Shown here one piece after another: positions 9,008-18,551 of a stretch of 36,412 nucleotides of DNA; positions within the stretch are counted from its first letter, which is position 1; the number at the start of each line of letters is the position of its first letter. The position numbers and the translations under genes are program-made. Under the pieces are notes generated by a model. It did no database searches and was not told the origin of the DNA. It saw nothing but the letters and a program-made list of their open reading frames with translations. The stretch is from a virus (taxonomy: Duplodnaviria > Heunggongvirae > Uroviricota > Caudoviricetes): IMG/VR virus record IMGVR_UViG_2585427969_000016; one strand, written 5' to 3'.

Positions 9008-9501
9008 TTTACCATCCAGCATATGATGCATATCATTGTTTATTCAGAATGATTGCTCTTATAGACCATGTAAATGAAATTGAGGTAGATAAGGCCAGGA
9101 TTTTGGACTTCTATCTGCTATTTCCTGCTTTGGTATCTGAAATTAGAATGCCTCATAATTATTCTTCAATGAAGAAAGAAGCGAAGAAGTATTCTAATAT
9201 ATATCGGGATCCTATTAATGTTAGATCTACATTCAGAGATATGTATGAAATTCAAATGGCAGCAATAAGATGTCTTGCAGCTACTGGGTTGGTTGAGATG
9301 GATTGTCTTGAGAAAAACATTATAAAGAGAACAGATAAGTCTGTTCCAGATGGCTTATTACTTTCTATTAATAATTTTATTAATACGAATAAAATTATTA
9401 ATACATTTATCATAGATACACTATCTAAATTCCATTTGGTTGGAAAAGATGGTTTAAAAGATAGAACGAAGTTAATGGAGTTTAGATATGACTATTCTTA
9501 A
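9001..9501 (+). CDS. Cargo gene 3: small helical protein, candidate middle component
   Basis: AGGTGG Shine-Dalgarno; 7-nt overlap with gene 2 and 14-nt overlap with gene 4 (translational coupling). Confidence 0.6.
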   Translation: MLIYHPAYDAYHCLFRMIALIDHVNEIEVDKARILDFYLLFPALVSEIRMPHNYSSMKKEAKKYSNIYRDPINVRSTFRDMYEIQMAAIRCLAATGLVEMDCLEKNIIKRTDKSVPDGLLLSINNFINTNKIINTFIIDTLSKFHLVGKDGLKDRTKLMEFRYDYS

Positions 9502-11425
9502 TCCATCTTTTTTTGTTAGTAAATTAAAAGTTTTCCAAGCTGGGCATGAAGCATTTAGCTGTGTTTTCCATAAAGGGGTAAATGTAATAAGGGGGCGAAA
9601 TAGCTCTGGCAAAACTACTGTTATGGATCTTTTAGCATTTTCACTTGGTGCTGAAAATATTAGCTTGAAACCAACAGCTCTTTTATGTTCATTTACCATG
9701 GTTGAAGTGCTTTTGAATAATAATCTTGCCTGTTTTAAGCGGGAGATAAGTTCAGAATCCATGCGGCCGTTGAGTATTTTTTGGGGCTCGATGGATAAAG
9801 CTCTTAACTCATCACCGAGTCAGTGGCAAACTTATCCTTTTAAGCGTTCAGAAAAATCACTGAGTTTTTCTCAGGTAATCCTAAATGCTTTGGATATGCC
9901 TCTAGCTCAAGGAGAGGGTGCTTCAATTTTAACAATGCATCAAATCCTACGTGTATTATATGCAGATCAGCCATCTCTTCATAGTCCTATATTTAGGAAC
10001 GATAATTTTGATAGAGCTCTAACACGAGAGACTATTGGTGATTATTTATGTGGTATATTTGATGACAAACTTTATAGCTCTTTGATTAGGCTTAAACAGG
10101 TTGATGCTGAACTTTCGACAAAAATTGTTGAGCTGAAAAGCATATTTAAAGTTCTTGGACGCTCTGGGCAATCGCAGCATGTAAGTTTTATTGACGATAA
10201 AATAAAAGAGCTAAGAGAGAAGAAAGAAAAGATCAATGGAGAGCTTATCTCTCTCAAAGAGAGTAATAACTCTTCTGTTAATGATAAAAATGCTGATAAA
10301 ACTAAAACTAACAACCTTCGAAAAAATTTAAATAAAGCGAAGGAAGAAGAAGTAAAAAATATTGACAGTATCCATATGTTAGAAATGGAGATAGCTGACT
10401 CTGAAATGTTCATTAATGAGTTAGAATCCAGATTGCGCTCTCTTAATGAATCAAGTATTGCCAGAGACTATTTTAGCAACGTTAAATTTCAATTTTGTCC
10501 CAGTTGTTTAAGTGAGTTGAATATTTCCTCTGAAAATGAGTGCTCATTATGTAAAAATCACGCGCCAGAGGGTAGTGATGCTCCTCAATTATTAAGGATG
10601 AAAAATGAGATTTCTATCCAATTAAAAGAATCCAGAGATCTTCTTGAGCATAATTATGTAAAACTGAGAGAGCTTAAGAGCCAATCTCCTGCTTTAAAGC
10701 AAAAAGTGCGAGATTTAATTCGTGAATATGAAGAAGTCTCTAAGGTTTGGGAAAATGCCTATGAAATAGAGTTTGAAACTCTTACTAAGGCTCTGGGACG
10801 TGTTGAAGAAGAAATTAAACAGGCTTGTGAATTACAAAAACTTAGTGATGTAATATCTGATTTGCAAAAAGATCGTGATAGTCTGCAGTCAGAGAAGGAG
10901 AGATTGTCCTCTTTAATTGAATCTTTGGAGAGTAAAGAGGAATATAGGAAGAAGGATATTTCTAAAACTATAGAAAACATTATGAAAAGACTTCTTAAAA
11001 AAGATCTTCCATTGCAGACTGAATTTATTGATCCTAGAAAAGTTAATTTTAGCTTTGCCGATAATACTGTTTATGTAAATGGGTCTAAGTATTTTTCAGA
11101 AAGTTCAGCAGTTGTATTAAGACATCTCTTTCATTTAGCATTGTTAACTGCAAGTATTGAAAAAAAATACATGAGATTACCTCGTTTCCTAATGCTTGAT
11201 GGAATTGACGATGGTGGAATGGAGAAAGAGCGCAGTCACAATCTGCAGAAAATAATAGTACAAGAAACTCAATCGTATCAATATGATTTTCAAATAATTT
11301 ATGCGACATCGGAGATTAATCCAGAATATGAAAATACCGATTTGATTGTTGGTCGATATTTTAATCCAGATGATAAATCATTAAAGATAAATTATACCGC
11401 TCTTGATAAAGATTTATTGAACTAA
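9488..11425 (+). CDS. Cargo gene 4: SMC/Rad50-like ABC ATPase with coiled-coil insert and CxxC..CxxC hook
   Basis: Walker A GRNSSGKTT near N-terminus; Walker B/D-loop FLMLDGIDDGG near C-terminus; about 300 aa of K/E/L-rich heptad-like sequence between them with CPSC..CSLC at residues 337-355. Confidence 0.8.
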   Translation: MTILNPSFFVSKLKVFQAGHEAFSCVFHKGVNVIRGRNSSGKTTVMDLLAFSLGAENISLKPTALLCSFTMVEVLLNNNLACFKREISSESMRPLSIFWGSMDKALNSSPSQWQTYPFKRSEKSLSFSQVILNALDMPLAQGEGASILTMHQILRVLYADQPSLHSPIFRNDNFDRALTRETIGDYLCGIFDDKLYSSLIRLKQVDAELSTKIVELKSIFKVLGRSGQSQHVSFIDDKIKELREKKEKINGELISLKESNNSSVNDKNADKTKTNNLRKNLNKAKEEEVKNIDSIHMLEMEIADSEMFINELESRLRSLNESSIARDYFSNVKFQFCPSCLSELNISSENECSLCKNHAPEGSDAPQLLRMKNEISIQLKESRDLLEHNYVKLRELKSQSPALKQKVRDLIREYEEVSKVWENAYEIEFETLTKALGRVEEEIKQACELQKLSDVISDLQKDRDSLQSEKERLSSLIESLESKEEYRKKDISKTIENIMKRLLKKDLPLQTEFIDPRKVNFSFADNTVYVNGSKYFSESSAVVLRHLFHLALLTASIEKKYMRLPRFLMLDGIDDGGMEKERSHNLQKIIVQETQSYQYDFQIIYATSEINPEYENTDLIVGRYFNPDDKSLKINYTALDKDLLN

Positions 11426-11429
11426 CAAC

Positions 11430-11459
11430 CAAAACCATGCATAACCATGCATGGTTTTG
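11430..11459. terminator. Perfect 13-bp stem / 4-nt loop hairpin (CAAAACCATGCAT-AACC-ATGCATGGTTTTG) directly after the cargo operon
   Basis: Inverted repeat read from sequence, 5 bp after the stop of cargo gene 4. Confidence 0.55.
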
Positions 11460-11558
11460 CATTTATATCAGCTTGTTTTTGAATCGGGGCAAGTCCAGGG
11501 GTGGTAAGCTGTTTGGAGAAAACTGCAACTGCATTAAAACCGCCCCGTGAAGCGGGCG

Positions 11559-11577
11559 GGCGAGGCGGGGAAAGCAC
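11559..11577. other. cos cohesive-end site (GGCGAGGCGGGGAAAGCAC)
   Basis: Matches the recalled 19-nt P2 cohesive end; located between the post-A variable region and Q as in P2. Confidence 0.7.
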
Positions 11578-11746
11578 TGCGCGCTGGCGGTGGTGCTGAT
11601 TTTATTTTTTCAGCGTCTGAGCGCGTCGTGACGGCGTTTAGATTGTGCGCCGGGGCGTTGGTGTGTTTGCGGGGTGTTTTGTGCGGTGGTGAGCGTGTGA
11701 GGGCGTGATGACAGGATGTAAAAAAGCCGCCCGCAGGCGGCAATGT

Positions 11747-12781
11747 TCAGTCGTTGTCAGTGTCCAGTGAGTAGTTTTTAAAGCGGATGACCTCCTGACC
11801 GAGCCAGCCGTTTATTTCCCGAATCCTGTCCTGTAACGGGATAAGCTCATTGCGGACAAAGACCTTTGCCACTTTCTCAATATCGCCCAGTGACCCGACG
11901 TTCTCCGGCTTGCCGCCCATCAACTGAAAGGGGATGCGGTGCGCGTCCAGCAGGTCAGCGGCGCTGGCTTTTTTGATATTAAAAAAATCGTCTTTCGTCG
12001 CCACTTCACTGAGCGGGATAATTTTAATGCCGTCGGCTTTTCCCTGCGGGGCGTAGAGAAACAGATTTTTAAAGTTGTTGCGGCCTTTCGACTTAACCAT
12101 GTTTTCGCGAAGCATTTCGATATCGTTGCGATCCTGCACGGCATCGGTGACGTACATGATGTATCCGGCATGTGCGCCGTTTTCGTAATACTTGCGGCGG
12201 AACAGCGTGGCCGATTCATTCAGCCAGGCAGAGTTAAGGGCGCTGAGATATTCCGGCAGGCCGTACAGCTCCTGATTAATATCCGGCTCCAGCAGGTGAA
12301 ACACGGAACCGGGCGCGAAGGCTGTCGGCTCGTTGAAGGACGGCACCCACCAGTAAACATCCTCTTCCACACCACGGCGGGTATATTTTGCCGGTGAGGT
12401 TTCCAGTCTGATGACTTTACCGGTAGTGCTGTAACGCTTTTCCAGAAACGCATTACCGAACACCAGAAAATCCAGCACAAAGCGGCTGAAATCCTGCTGG
12501 GACAGCCACGGGTGCGGGATAAACGTTGAAGCCAGAATATTACGTTTGACGTAAATCGGTGAGCTGTGATGCACGGCAGCACGCAGGCTTTTTGCCAGAC
12601 CGGTAAAGCTGATTGGTGGCTCATACCATCTACCGTTACTGATGCATTCGACGTAATCCAGAATGTCACGGCGGTCGAGTACCGGCACCGGCTCACCAAA
12701 GGTGAATGCCTCCATTTTCGGGGCGCTGGCGGTCATTGTTTTTGCCGCAGGTTGCGGTGTTTTCCCTTTTTTCTTGCTCAT
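11747..12781 (-). CDS. Q: Portal protein Q (344 aa)
   Basis: Length, order and sequence consistent with P2 gpQ. Confidence 0.92.
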   Translation of the reverse strand: MSKKKGKTPQPAAKTMTASAPKMEAFTFGEPVPVLDRRDILDYVECISNGRWYEPPISFTGLAKSLRAAVHHSSPIYVKRNILASTFIPHPWLSQQDFSRFVLDFLVFGNAFLEKRYSTTGKVIRLETSPAKYTRRGVEEDVYWWVPSFNEPTAFAPGSVFHLLEPDINQELYGLPEYLSALNSAWLNESATLFRRKYYENGAHAGYIMYVTDAVQDRNDIEMLRENMVKSKGRNNFKNLFLYAPQGKADGIKIIPLSEVATKDDFFNIKKASAADLLDAHRIPFQLMGGKPENVGSLGDIEKVAKVFVRNELIPLQDRIREINGWLGQEVIRFKNYSLDTDND

Positions 12782-14553
12782 CAGTAAAACTCCAGAATGG
12801 TGGATGTCAGCGGGGTGCTGATACCGGCGGTGAGTGGCTCATTTAACAGGGCGTGCATGGTCGCCCAGGCGAGGTCGGCGTGGCTGGCTTCCTCGCTGCG
12901 GTTGGCCTCATAGGTGGCACTGCGTCCGCTGCTGGTCATGGTCTTGCGGATAGCCATAAACGAGCTGGTGATGTCGGTGGCGCTGACGTCATATTCCAGA
13001 CAGCCACGACGGATAACGTCTTTTGCCTTGAGCACCATTGCGGTTTTCATTTCCGGCGTGTAGCGGATATCGCGCGCGGCGGGATAGAACGAGCGAACGA
13101 GCTGGAACACGCCGACACCGAGGCCGGTGGCATCAATTCCGATGTATTCGACGTTGTATTTTTCGGTGAGTTTGCGGATGGATTCAGCCTGAGTGGCAAA
13201 GTCCATGCCTTTCCACTGGTGACGCTCAAGGATCCTGAATTTGCCACCGGCCACCACCGGCGGTGCCAGTACCACGCATCCGGAGCTGTCGCCACGGTGT
13301 GACGGGTCGTAACCAATCCATACCGGGCGGGAGCCGAACGGATTCGCGGCAAACGGCGCATAGTCTTCCCATTCTTCCAGCGTGTCGACCATGCAGCGTT
13401 GCAGCTCCTCGAACGGGAACACCGATGCCTTGTCGTCAACAAATTCACACATGAACAGGTTTTTAAAATCGTCGGCGCTGTTTTCACGTTTGAGCTGCTC
13501 AATGTCGAACAGCGTGCAGCCGCCTTTCAGGGCATCCTCAATGGTGACAATCTGCCGCCACTGGCCGTCCGCACAGAGAAGACCTCCGGCAAGGGCGTTA
13601 TGACTGACGTCGATTTCCACGCGTTCGGCGGCGCTGGCGCGTCCCCGGTTGAACAGTTCACCCGACCAGAACGGGTAGGCGTCGTGCGCCAGCGTGGACG
13701 GGGTGGAGAAATAGGTCGAGCGCAGGTGACTCTGTGAGGCCATACCTGATGCCACCTTACGCAGTACCTGAAAATTCGGGATCCAGAAAATCTCGTCGAC
13801 GTACAGGTCGCCGTTATGGCTCTGTGCGGTGTTGGAGTTGGTGCCGAGAAAAATCAGTTTTGCGCCGTTATTGCCCAGGACAATCGGGTCACCGGTCAGG
13901 TCAACGTCAACCAGCCGGGCAAAGGCGATGATGTATTCGCGGAACACATACGCCTGCGTTTTACTGGCCGACAGAAAAATCTGGTTATGACCGGTTTTCA
14001 GGGCGCGCAGCAGCGCCTCGCGGGAAAAATAAAACGTCGCGCCAATCTGGCGGGATTTCAGGATATCGCGGATGCGGTGCTCAAGCCCGGCGCGATACCA
14101 GTGCAACTGATAGTCGAAAGACTGCTCAAAGAAAATCTGCTCCAGCTTTTCGATGGCCTCGTCACTGAAAAAATTCTTTTTCGGTTTGCGACGCCCGCCT
14201 TTGTTGCGGTTAGCGACGTTCGGATTAAGGTCTGCCTCGTTGCCGGTCTGACTGTAACGGTTTACCCGTGCCAGTCGTTCAATCTGGCGTCCCAGCAGGT
14301 CAATTTCCTTGAAGTCACCGCCGGTTTTCTGCGGTTTGATGATGAGCTGGGTCAGCCGCGCTTCCAGACTCATTTCGACACGGCTGATGGGGGCAACGCT
14401 GTCCCAGCCGTCGCGCTGTTTCCAGCTCTGCACCGTCGGGCGTTTCATCTGCAACATGGCGGCAATCTGCGGCACGGAAAACCCCTGCCAGTACAGCAGC
14501 GCCGCCTGACGACGCGGGTCGTGTAAAAGAGTGGTGTCTGTGGTGATGGTCAT
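12781..14553 (-). CDS. P: Terminase large (ATPase) subunit P; start taken at the MTITTD ATG
   Basis: About 590 aa; order Q-P divergent from O as in P2. Confidence 0.92.
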   Translation of the reverse strand: MTITTDTTLLHDPRRQAALLYWQGFSVPQIAAMLQMKRPTVQSWKQRDGWDSVAPISRVEMSLEARLTQLIIKPQKTGGDFKEIDLLGRQIERLARVNRYSQTGNEADLNPNVANRNKGGRRKPKKNFFSDEAIEKLEQIFFEQSFDYQLHWYRAGLEHRIRDILKSRQIGATFYFSREALLRALKTGHNQIFLSASKTQAYVFREYIIAFARLVDVDLTGDPIVLGNNGAKLIFLGTNSNTAQSHNGDLYVDEIFWIPNFQVLRKVASGMASQSHLRSTYFSTPSTLAHDAYPFWSGELFNRGRASAAERVEIDVSHNALAGGLLCADGQWRQIVTIEDALKGGCTLFDIEQLKRENSADDFKNLFMCEFVDDKASVFPFEELQRCMVDTLEEWEDYAPFAANPFGSRPVWIGYDPSHRGDSSGCVVLAPPVVAGGKFRILERHQWKGMDFATQAESIRKLTEKYNVEYIGIDATGLGVGVFQLVRSFYPAARDIRYTPEMKTAMVLKAKDVIRRGCLEYDVSATDITSSFMAIRKTMTSSGRSATYEANRSEEASHADLAWATMHALLNEPLTAGISTPLTSTILEFY

Positions 14554-14619
14554 GAATACCTCGCCGTGATGAATACACGGCAAGGCTACTGAGTCGCGCC
14601 CCGCGATTCGCTAAGGTGC

Positions 14620-14629
14620 TGTTGTGTCA
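14620..14629. promoter_or_regulatory. TGTTGTGTCA motif in the divergent P/O intergenic region; candidate Ogr-dependent late-promoter element
   Basis: Same 10-mer class recurs upstream of V (21688..21697) and FI (28083..28092). Confidence 0.35.
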
Positions 14630-14726
14630 GTGATAAGCCATCCGGGACTGATGGCGGAGGATGCGCATCGTCGGGAAACTGATGCCGACATGTGACTCCT
14701 CTAATCACTATTCAGGACTCCTGACA

Positions 14727-15581
14727 ATGGCAAAAAAAGTCTCAAAATTCTTTCGTATCGGCGTTGAGGGTGACACCTGTGACGGGCGTGTCATCAGTGC
14801 GCAGGATATTCAGGAAATGGCCGAAACCTTTGACCCGCGTGTCTATGGTTGCCGCATTAACCTGGAACATCTGCGCGGCATCCTGCCTGACGGTATTTTT
14901 AAGCGTTATGGCGATGTGGCCGAACTGAAGGCGGAAAAGATTGACGACGATTCGGCGCTGAAAGGCAAATGGGCGCTGTTTGCGAAAATCACCCCGACCG
15001 ATGACCTTATCGCGATGAACAAGGCCGCGCAGAAAGTCTACACCTCAATGGAAATTCAGCCGAACTTTGCCAATACCGGCAAATGTTATCTGGTGGGGCT
15101 GGCCGTCACCGATGACCCGGCAAGCCTCGGCACGGAATACCTGGAATTCTGCCGCACGGCAAAACACAACCCCCTGAACCGCTTCAAATTAAGCCCTGAA
15201 AACCTGATTTCAGTGGCAACGCCTGTTGAGCTGGAATTTGAAGACCTGCCTGAAACCGTGTTCACCGCCCTGACCGAAAAGGTGAAATCCATTTTTGGCC
15301 GCAAACAGGCCAGCGATGACGCCCGTCTGAATGACGTGCATGAAGCGGTGACCGCTGTTGCTGAACATGTGCAGGAAAAACTGAGCGCCACTGAGCAGCG
15401 CCTCTCTGAGATGGAAACCGCCTTTTCCGCACTTAAGCAGGAGGTGACTGACAGGGCGGATGAAACCAGCCAGGCATTCACCCGCCTGAAAAACAGTCTC
15501 GACCACACCGAAAGTCTGACCCAGCAGCGCCGCAGCAAGGCCACCGGTGGTGGCGGTGACGCCCTGATGACGAACTGCTGA
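14727..15581 (+). CDS. O: Capsid scaffolding protein O (284 aa from the MAKKVSK start)
   Basis: Synteny and length as P2 gpO. Confidence 0.9.
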   Translation: MAKKVSKFFRIGVEGDTCDGRVISAQDIQEMAETFDPRVYGCRINLEHLRGILPDGIFKRYGDVAELKAEKIDDDSALKGKWALFAKITPTDDLIAMNKAAQKVYTSMEIQPNFANTGKCYLVGLAVTDDPASLGTEYLEFCRTAKHNPLNRFKLSPENLISVATPVELEFEDLPETVFTALTEKVKSIFGRKQASDDARLNDVHEAVTAVAEHVQEKLSATEQRLSEMETAFSALKQEVTDRADETSQAFTRLKNSLDHTESLTQQRRSKATGGGGDALMTNC

Positions 15582-15639
15582 CCGGCGTCAGTCAGTCCGG
15601 GAAAACCTTCACGATTAACCCTTAATTTCAGGAAAAACT

Positions 15640-16713
15640 ATGCGCCAGGAAACCCGCTTTAAATTTAATGCTTACCTGTCCCGTGTTGCCGAACTGAACG
15701 GCATCGACGCCGGTGATGTGTCGAAAAAATTCACCGTTGAACCGTCGGTCACCCAGACCCTGATGAACACCATGCAGGAGTCCTCTGACTTTCTGACCCG
15801 CATCAATATTGTGCCGGTCAGCGAAATGAAAGGGGAAAAAATTGGCATCGGTGTCACCGGCTCCATCGCCAGCACCACCGACACCGCCGGTGGCACCGAG
15901 CGTCAGCCGAAGGACTTCTCGAAGCTGGCGTCTAACAAGTACGAATGCGACCAGATTAACTTCGATTTTTATATCCGCTACAAAACGCTGGACCTGTGGG
16001 CGCGTTATCAGGATTTCCAGCTCCGTGTCCGTAACGCCATTATCAAACGCCAGTCCCTTGATTTCATCATGGCCGGTTTTAACGGCGTGAAGCGTGCAGA
16101 AACCTCTGACCGCAGCAGCAATCCGATGCTGCAGGATGTGGCGGTCGGCTGGCTGCAGAAATACCGCAATGAAGCCCCGGCGCGCGTGATGAGCAAGGTC
16201 ACTGACGAGGAAGGCCGCACCACCTCTGAGGTTATCCGCGTGGGCAAGGGCGGTGATTATGCCAGCCTCGATGCACTGGTGATGGATGCGACCAACAACC
16301 TGATTGAACCGTGGTATCAGGAAGACCCTGACCTTGTGGTGATTGTGGGGCGTCAGCTACTGGCGGACAAGTATTTCCCCATCGTCAACAAGGAGCAGGA
16401 CAACAGCGAAATGCTGGCCGCTGACGTCATCATCAGCCAGAAACGCATCGGTAACCTGCCGGCGGTACGCGTCCCGTACTTCCCGGCGGATGCGATGCTC
16501 ATCACGAAGCTGGAAAACCTGTCCATCTACTACATGGATGACAGCCATCGCCGCGTGATTGTGGAAAACCCGAAACTCGACCGCGTGGAGAACTACGAGT
16601 CAATGAACATTGATTACGTGGTGGAAGACTACGCCGCCGGTTGTCTGGTGGAAAAAATCAAGGTCGGTGACTTCTCCACACCGGCTAAAGCGACCGCAGA
16701 GCCGGGAGCGTAA
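15640..16713 (+). CDS. N: Major capsid protein N (357 aa)
   Basis: 357 aa as P2 gpN; synteny. Confidence 0.93.
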   Translation: MRQETRFKFNAYLSRVAELNGIDAGDVSKKFTVEPSVTQTLMNTMQESSDFLTRINIVPVSEMKGEKIGIGVTGSIASTTDTAGGTERQPKDFSKLASNKYECDQINFDFYIRYKTLDLWARYQDFQLRVRNAIIKRQSLDFIMAGFNGVKRAETSDRSSNPMLQDVAVGWLQKYRNEAPARVMSKVTDEEGRTTSEVIRVGKGGDYASLDALVMDATNNLIEPWYQEDPDLVVIVGRQLLADKYFPIVNKEQDNSEMLAADVIISQKRIGNLPAVRVPYFPADAMLITKLENLSIYYMDDSHRRVIVENPKLDRVENYESMNIDYVVEDYAAGCLVEKIKVGDFSTPAKATAEPGA

Positions 16714-16716
16714 CCG

Positions 16717-17454
16717 ATGACGAGTCCCGCACAGCGCCACATGATGCGGGTCTCGGCAGCGATGACCGCGCAGCGGGAAGCCGCCCCGCTGCGACATGCA
16801 ACTGTCTATGAGCAGATGCTGGTTAAGCTCGCCGCAGACCAGCGCACACTGAAAGCGATTTATTCAAAAGAGCTGAAGGCCGCGAAAAAGCGCGAACTGC
16901 TGCCGTTCTGGTTGCCGTGGGTGAACGGCGTGCTGGAGCAGGGCAAAGGCGCACAGGATGACATTCTGATGACGGTCATGCTGTGGCGTCTGGATACCGG
17001 CGATATTGCCGGTGCGCTGGAGATTGCCCGTTATGCCCTGAAGTACGGTCTGACCATGCCGGGTAAACACCGCCGTACCCCGCCGTACATGTTCACCGAG
17101 GAGGTGGCGCTTGCGGCCATGCGCGCTCACGCTGCCGGTGAATCCGTGGATACCCGCCTGCTGACGGAGACCCTTGAACTGACCGCCACGGCTGACATGC
17201 CTGATGAAGTGCGCGCAAAGCTGCACAAAATCACCGGTCTGTTTCTGCGTGACGCTGGTGATGCCGCCGGTGCGCTGGCGCACCTGCAACGTGCGACACA
17301 GCTCGACTGTCAGGCAGGCGTCAAAAAAGAGATTGAACGACTGGAGCGGGAGCTGAAACCGAAGCCGGAGCCAAAAGCGGCCACCCGCGCCCCGCGTAAG
17401 ACCCGGAGCGTGACACCGGCAAAACGTGGACGCCCGAAAAAGAAAGCCAGTTAA
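16717..17454 (+). CDS. M: Terminase small (endonuclease) subunit M
   Basis: Synteny; basic K/R-rich C-terminus. Confidence 0.88.
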   Translation: MTSPAQRHMMRVSAAMTAQREAAPLRHATVYEQMLVKLAADQRTLKAIYSKELKAAKKRELLPFWLPWVNGVLEQGKGAQDDILMTVMLWRLDTGDIAGALEIARYALKYGLTMPGKHRRTPPYMFTEEVALAAMRAHAAGESVDTRLLTETLELTATADMPDEVRAKLHKITGLFLRDAGDAAGALAHLQRATQLDCQAGVKKEIERLERELKPKPEPKAATRAPRKTRSVTPAKRGRPKKKAS

Positions 17455-17553
17455 CAACCGAATGCGCCCCGCGCCAGGGCGGCACGCCGGTCAGTGAGGG
17501 TGAATCACCTGACACTGCACCGGCGTCCACCGCCCGACTTTTCAGAGGTAGTC

Positions 17554-18063
17554 ATGATGACGCTGATTATTCCGCGAAAGGAGGCTCCTGTATCCGGTGA
17601 GGGTACGGTGGTCATCCCGCAACCGGCAGGCGACGAGCCGGTGATTAAAAACACGTTCTTTTTTCCCGATATCGACCCGAAGCGCGTCCGGGAACGTATG
17701 CGCCTTGAGCAGACCGTCGCCCACGCCCGTCTGCGTGAGGCCATCAAGTCAGGCATGGCGGAAACAAATGCGGAGCTGTACGAGTACCGCGAACAGAAAA
17801 TTGCCGCCGGTTTTACGCGTCTGGCGGACGTTCCGGCGGACGACATCGACGGTGAAAGTATCAAAGTTTTTTACTACGAGCGCGCCGTGTGTGCGATGGC
17901 GACCGCGTCGCTTTATGAGCGTTATCGCGGCGTGGATGCCAGTGCGAAAGGAGACAAGAAGGCCGACAGCATTGACAGCACCATTGATGAACTGTGGCGG
18001 GATATGCGCTGGGCGGTGGCGCGTATCCAGGACAAGCCGCGCTGCATCGTGAGTCAAATCTGA
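17554..18063 (+). CDS. L: Head completion protein L (169 aa from the MMTLIIP start)
   Basis: Synteny and length as P2 gpL. Confidence 0.88.
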   Translation: MMTLIIPRKEAPVSGEGTVVIPQPAGDEPVIKNTFFFPDIDPKRVRERMRLEQTVAHARLREAIKSGMAETNAELYEYREQKIAAGFTRLADVPADDIDGESIKVFYYERAVCAMATASLYERYRGVDASAKGDKKADSIDSTIDELWRDMRWAVARIQDKPRCIVSQI

Positions 18064-18266
18064 TGAAGACCTTTGCGCTACAGGGCGACACGCTCGACGC
18101 CATTTGTGTCCGCTATTACGGGCGCACTGAGGGCGTGGTCGAGGCCGTGCTCGCCGCAAATCCGGGACTGGCTGAACTGGGCGCGGTGCTGCCACACGGC
18201 ACCGCCGTCGAACTGCCCGACGTTCAGACCGCGCCCGTGGCTGAAACTGTCAATCTGTGGGAGTAA
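18063..18266 (+). CDS. X: Tail protein X (67 aa, LysM-like)
   Basis: ATGA start/stop overlap with L; 67 aa as P2 gpX. Confidence 0.85.
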   Translation: MKTFALQGDTLDAICVRYYGRTEGVVEAVLAANPGLAELGAVLPHGTAVELPDVQTAPVAETVNLWE

Positions 18267-18269
18267 CGC

Positions 18270-18551
18270 ATGACAGCAGAAGAAAAAAGCGTCCTGTCGC
18301 TTTTCATGATTGGGGTGCTGATTGTTGTCGGCAAGGTGCTTGCCGGTGGTGAACCCATCACCCCGCGTCTGTTTATCGGGCGCATGTTGCTCGGTGGTTT
18401 TGTCTCGATGGTTGCCGGTGTTGTTCTGGTGCAGTTTCCTGACCTGTCACTGCCTGCGGTGTGCGGCATCGGCTCCATGCTGGGTATCGCCGGTTATCAG
18501 GTGATTGAGATTGCCATTCAGCGCCGCTTTAAAGGCAGGGGGAAACAGTAA
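18270..18551 (+). CDS. Y: Holin Y (93 aa)
   Basis: Several hydrophobic helices; immediately upstream of the endolysin. Confidence 0.88.
   Translation: MTAEEKSVLSLFMIGVLIVVGKVLAGGEPITPRLFIGRMLLGGFVSMVAGVVLVQFPDLSLPAVCGIGSMLGIAGYQVIEIAIQRRFKGRGKQ

Noticed and set aside
11534-11743. 69-aa minus-strand ORF over the cos region
   Set aside because: Extremely GC-rich and Arg/Pro/Ala-biased, lies across the cos site; P2 has no gene here.
11920-14578. Several antisense or out-of-frame ORFs inside Q and P (for example 12220..12699, 13047..13502, 13816..14526)
   Set aside because: They lie opposite or overlapping the well-supported portal and terminase genes and have the Arg/Ser/Pro-rich composition typical of spurious frames in GC-rich DNA.
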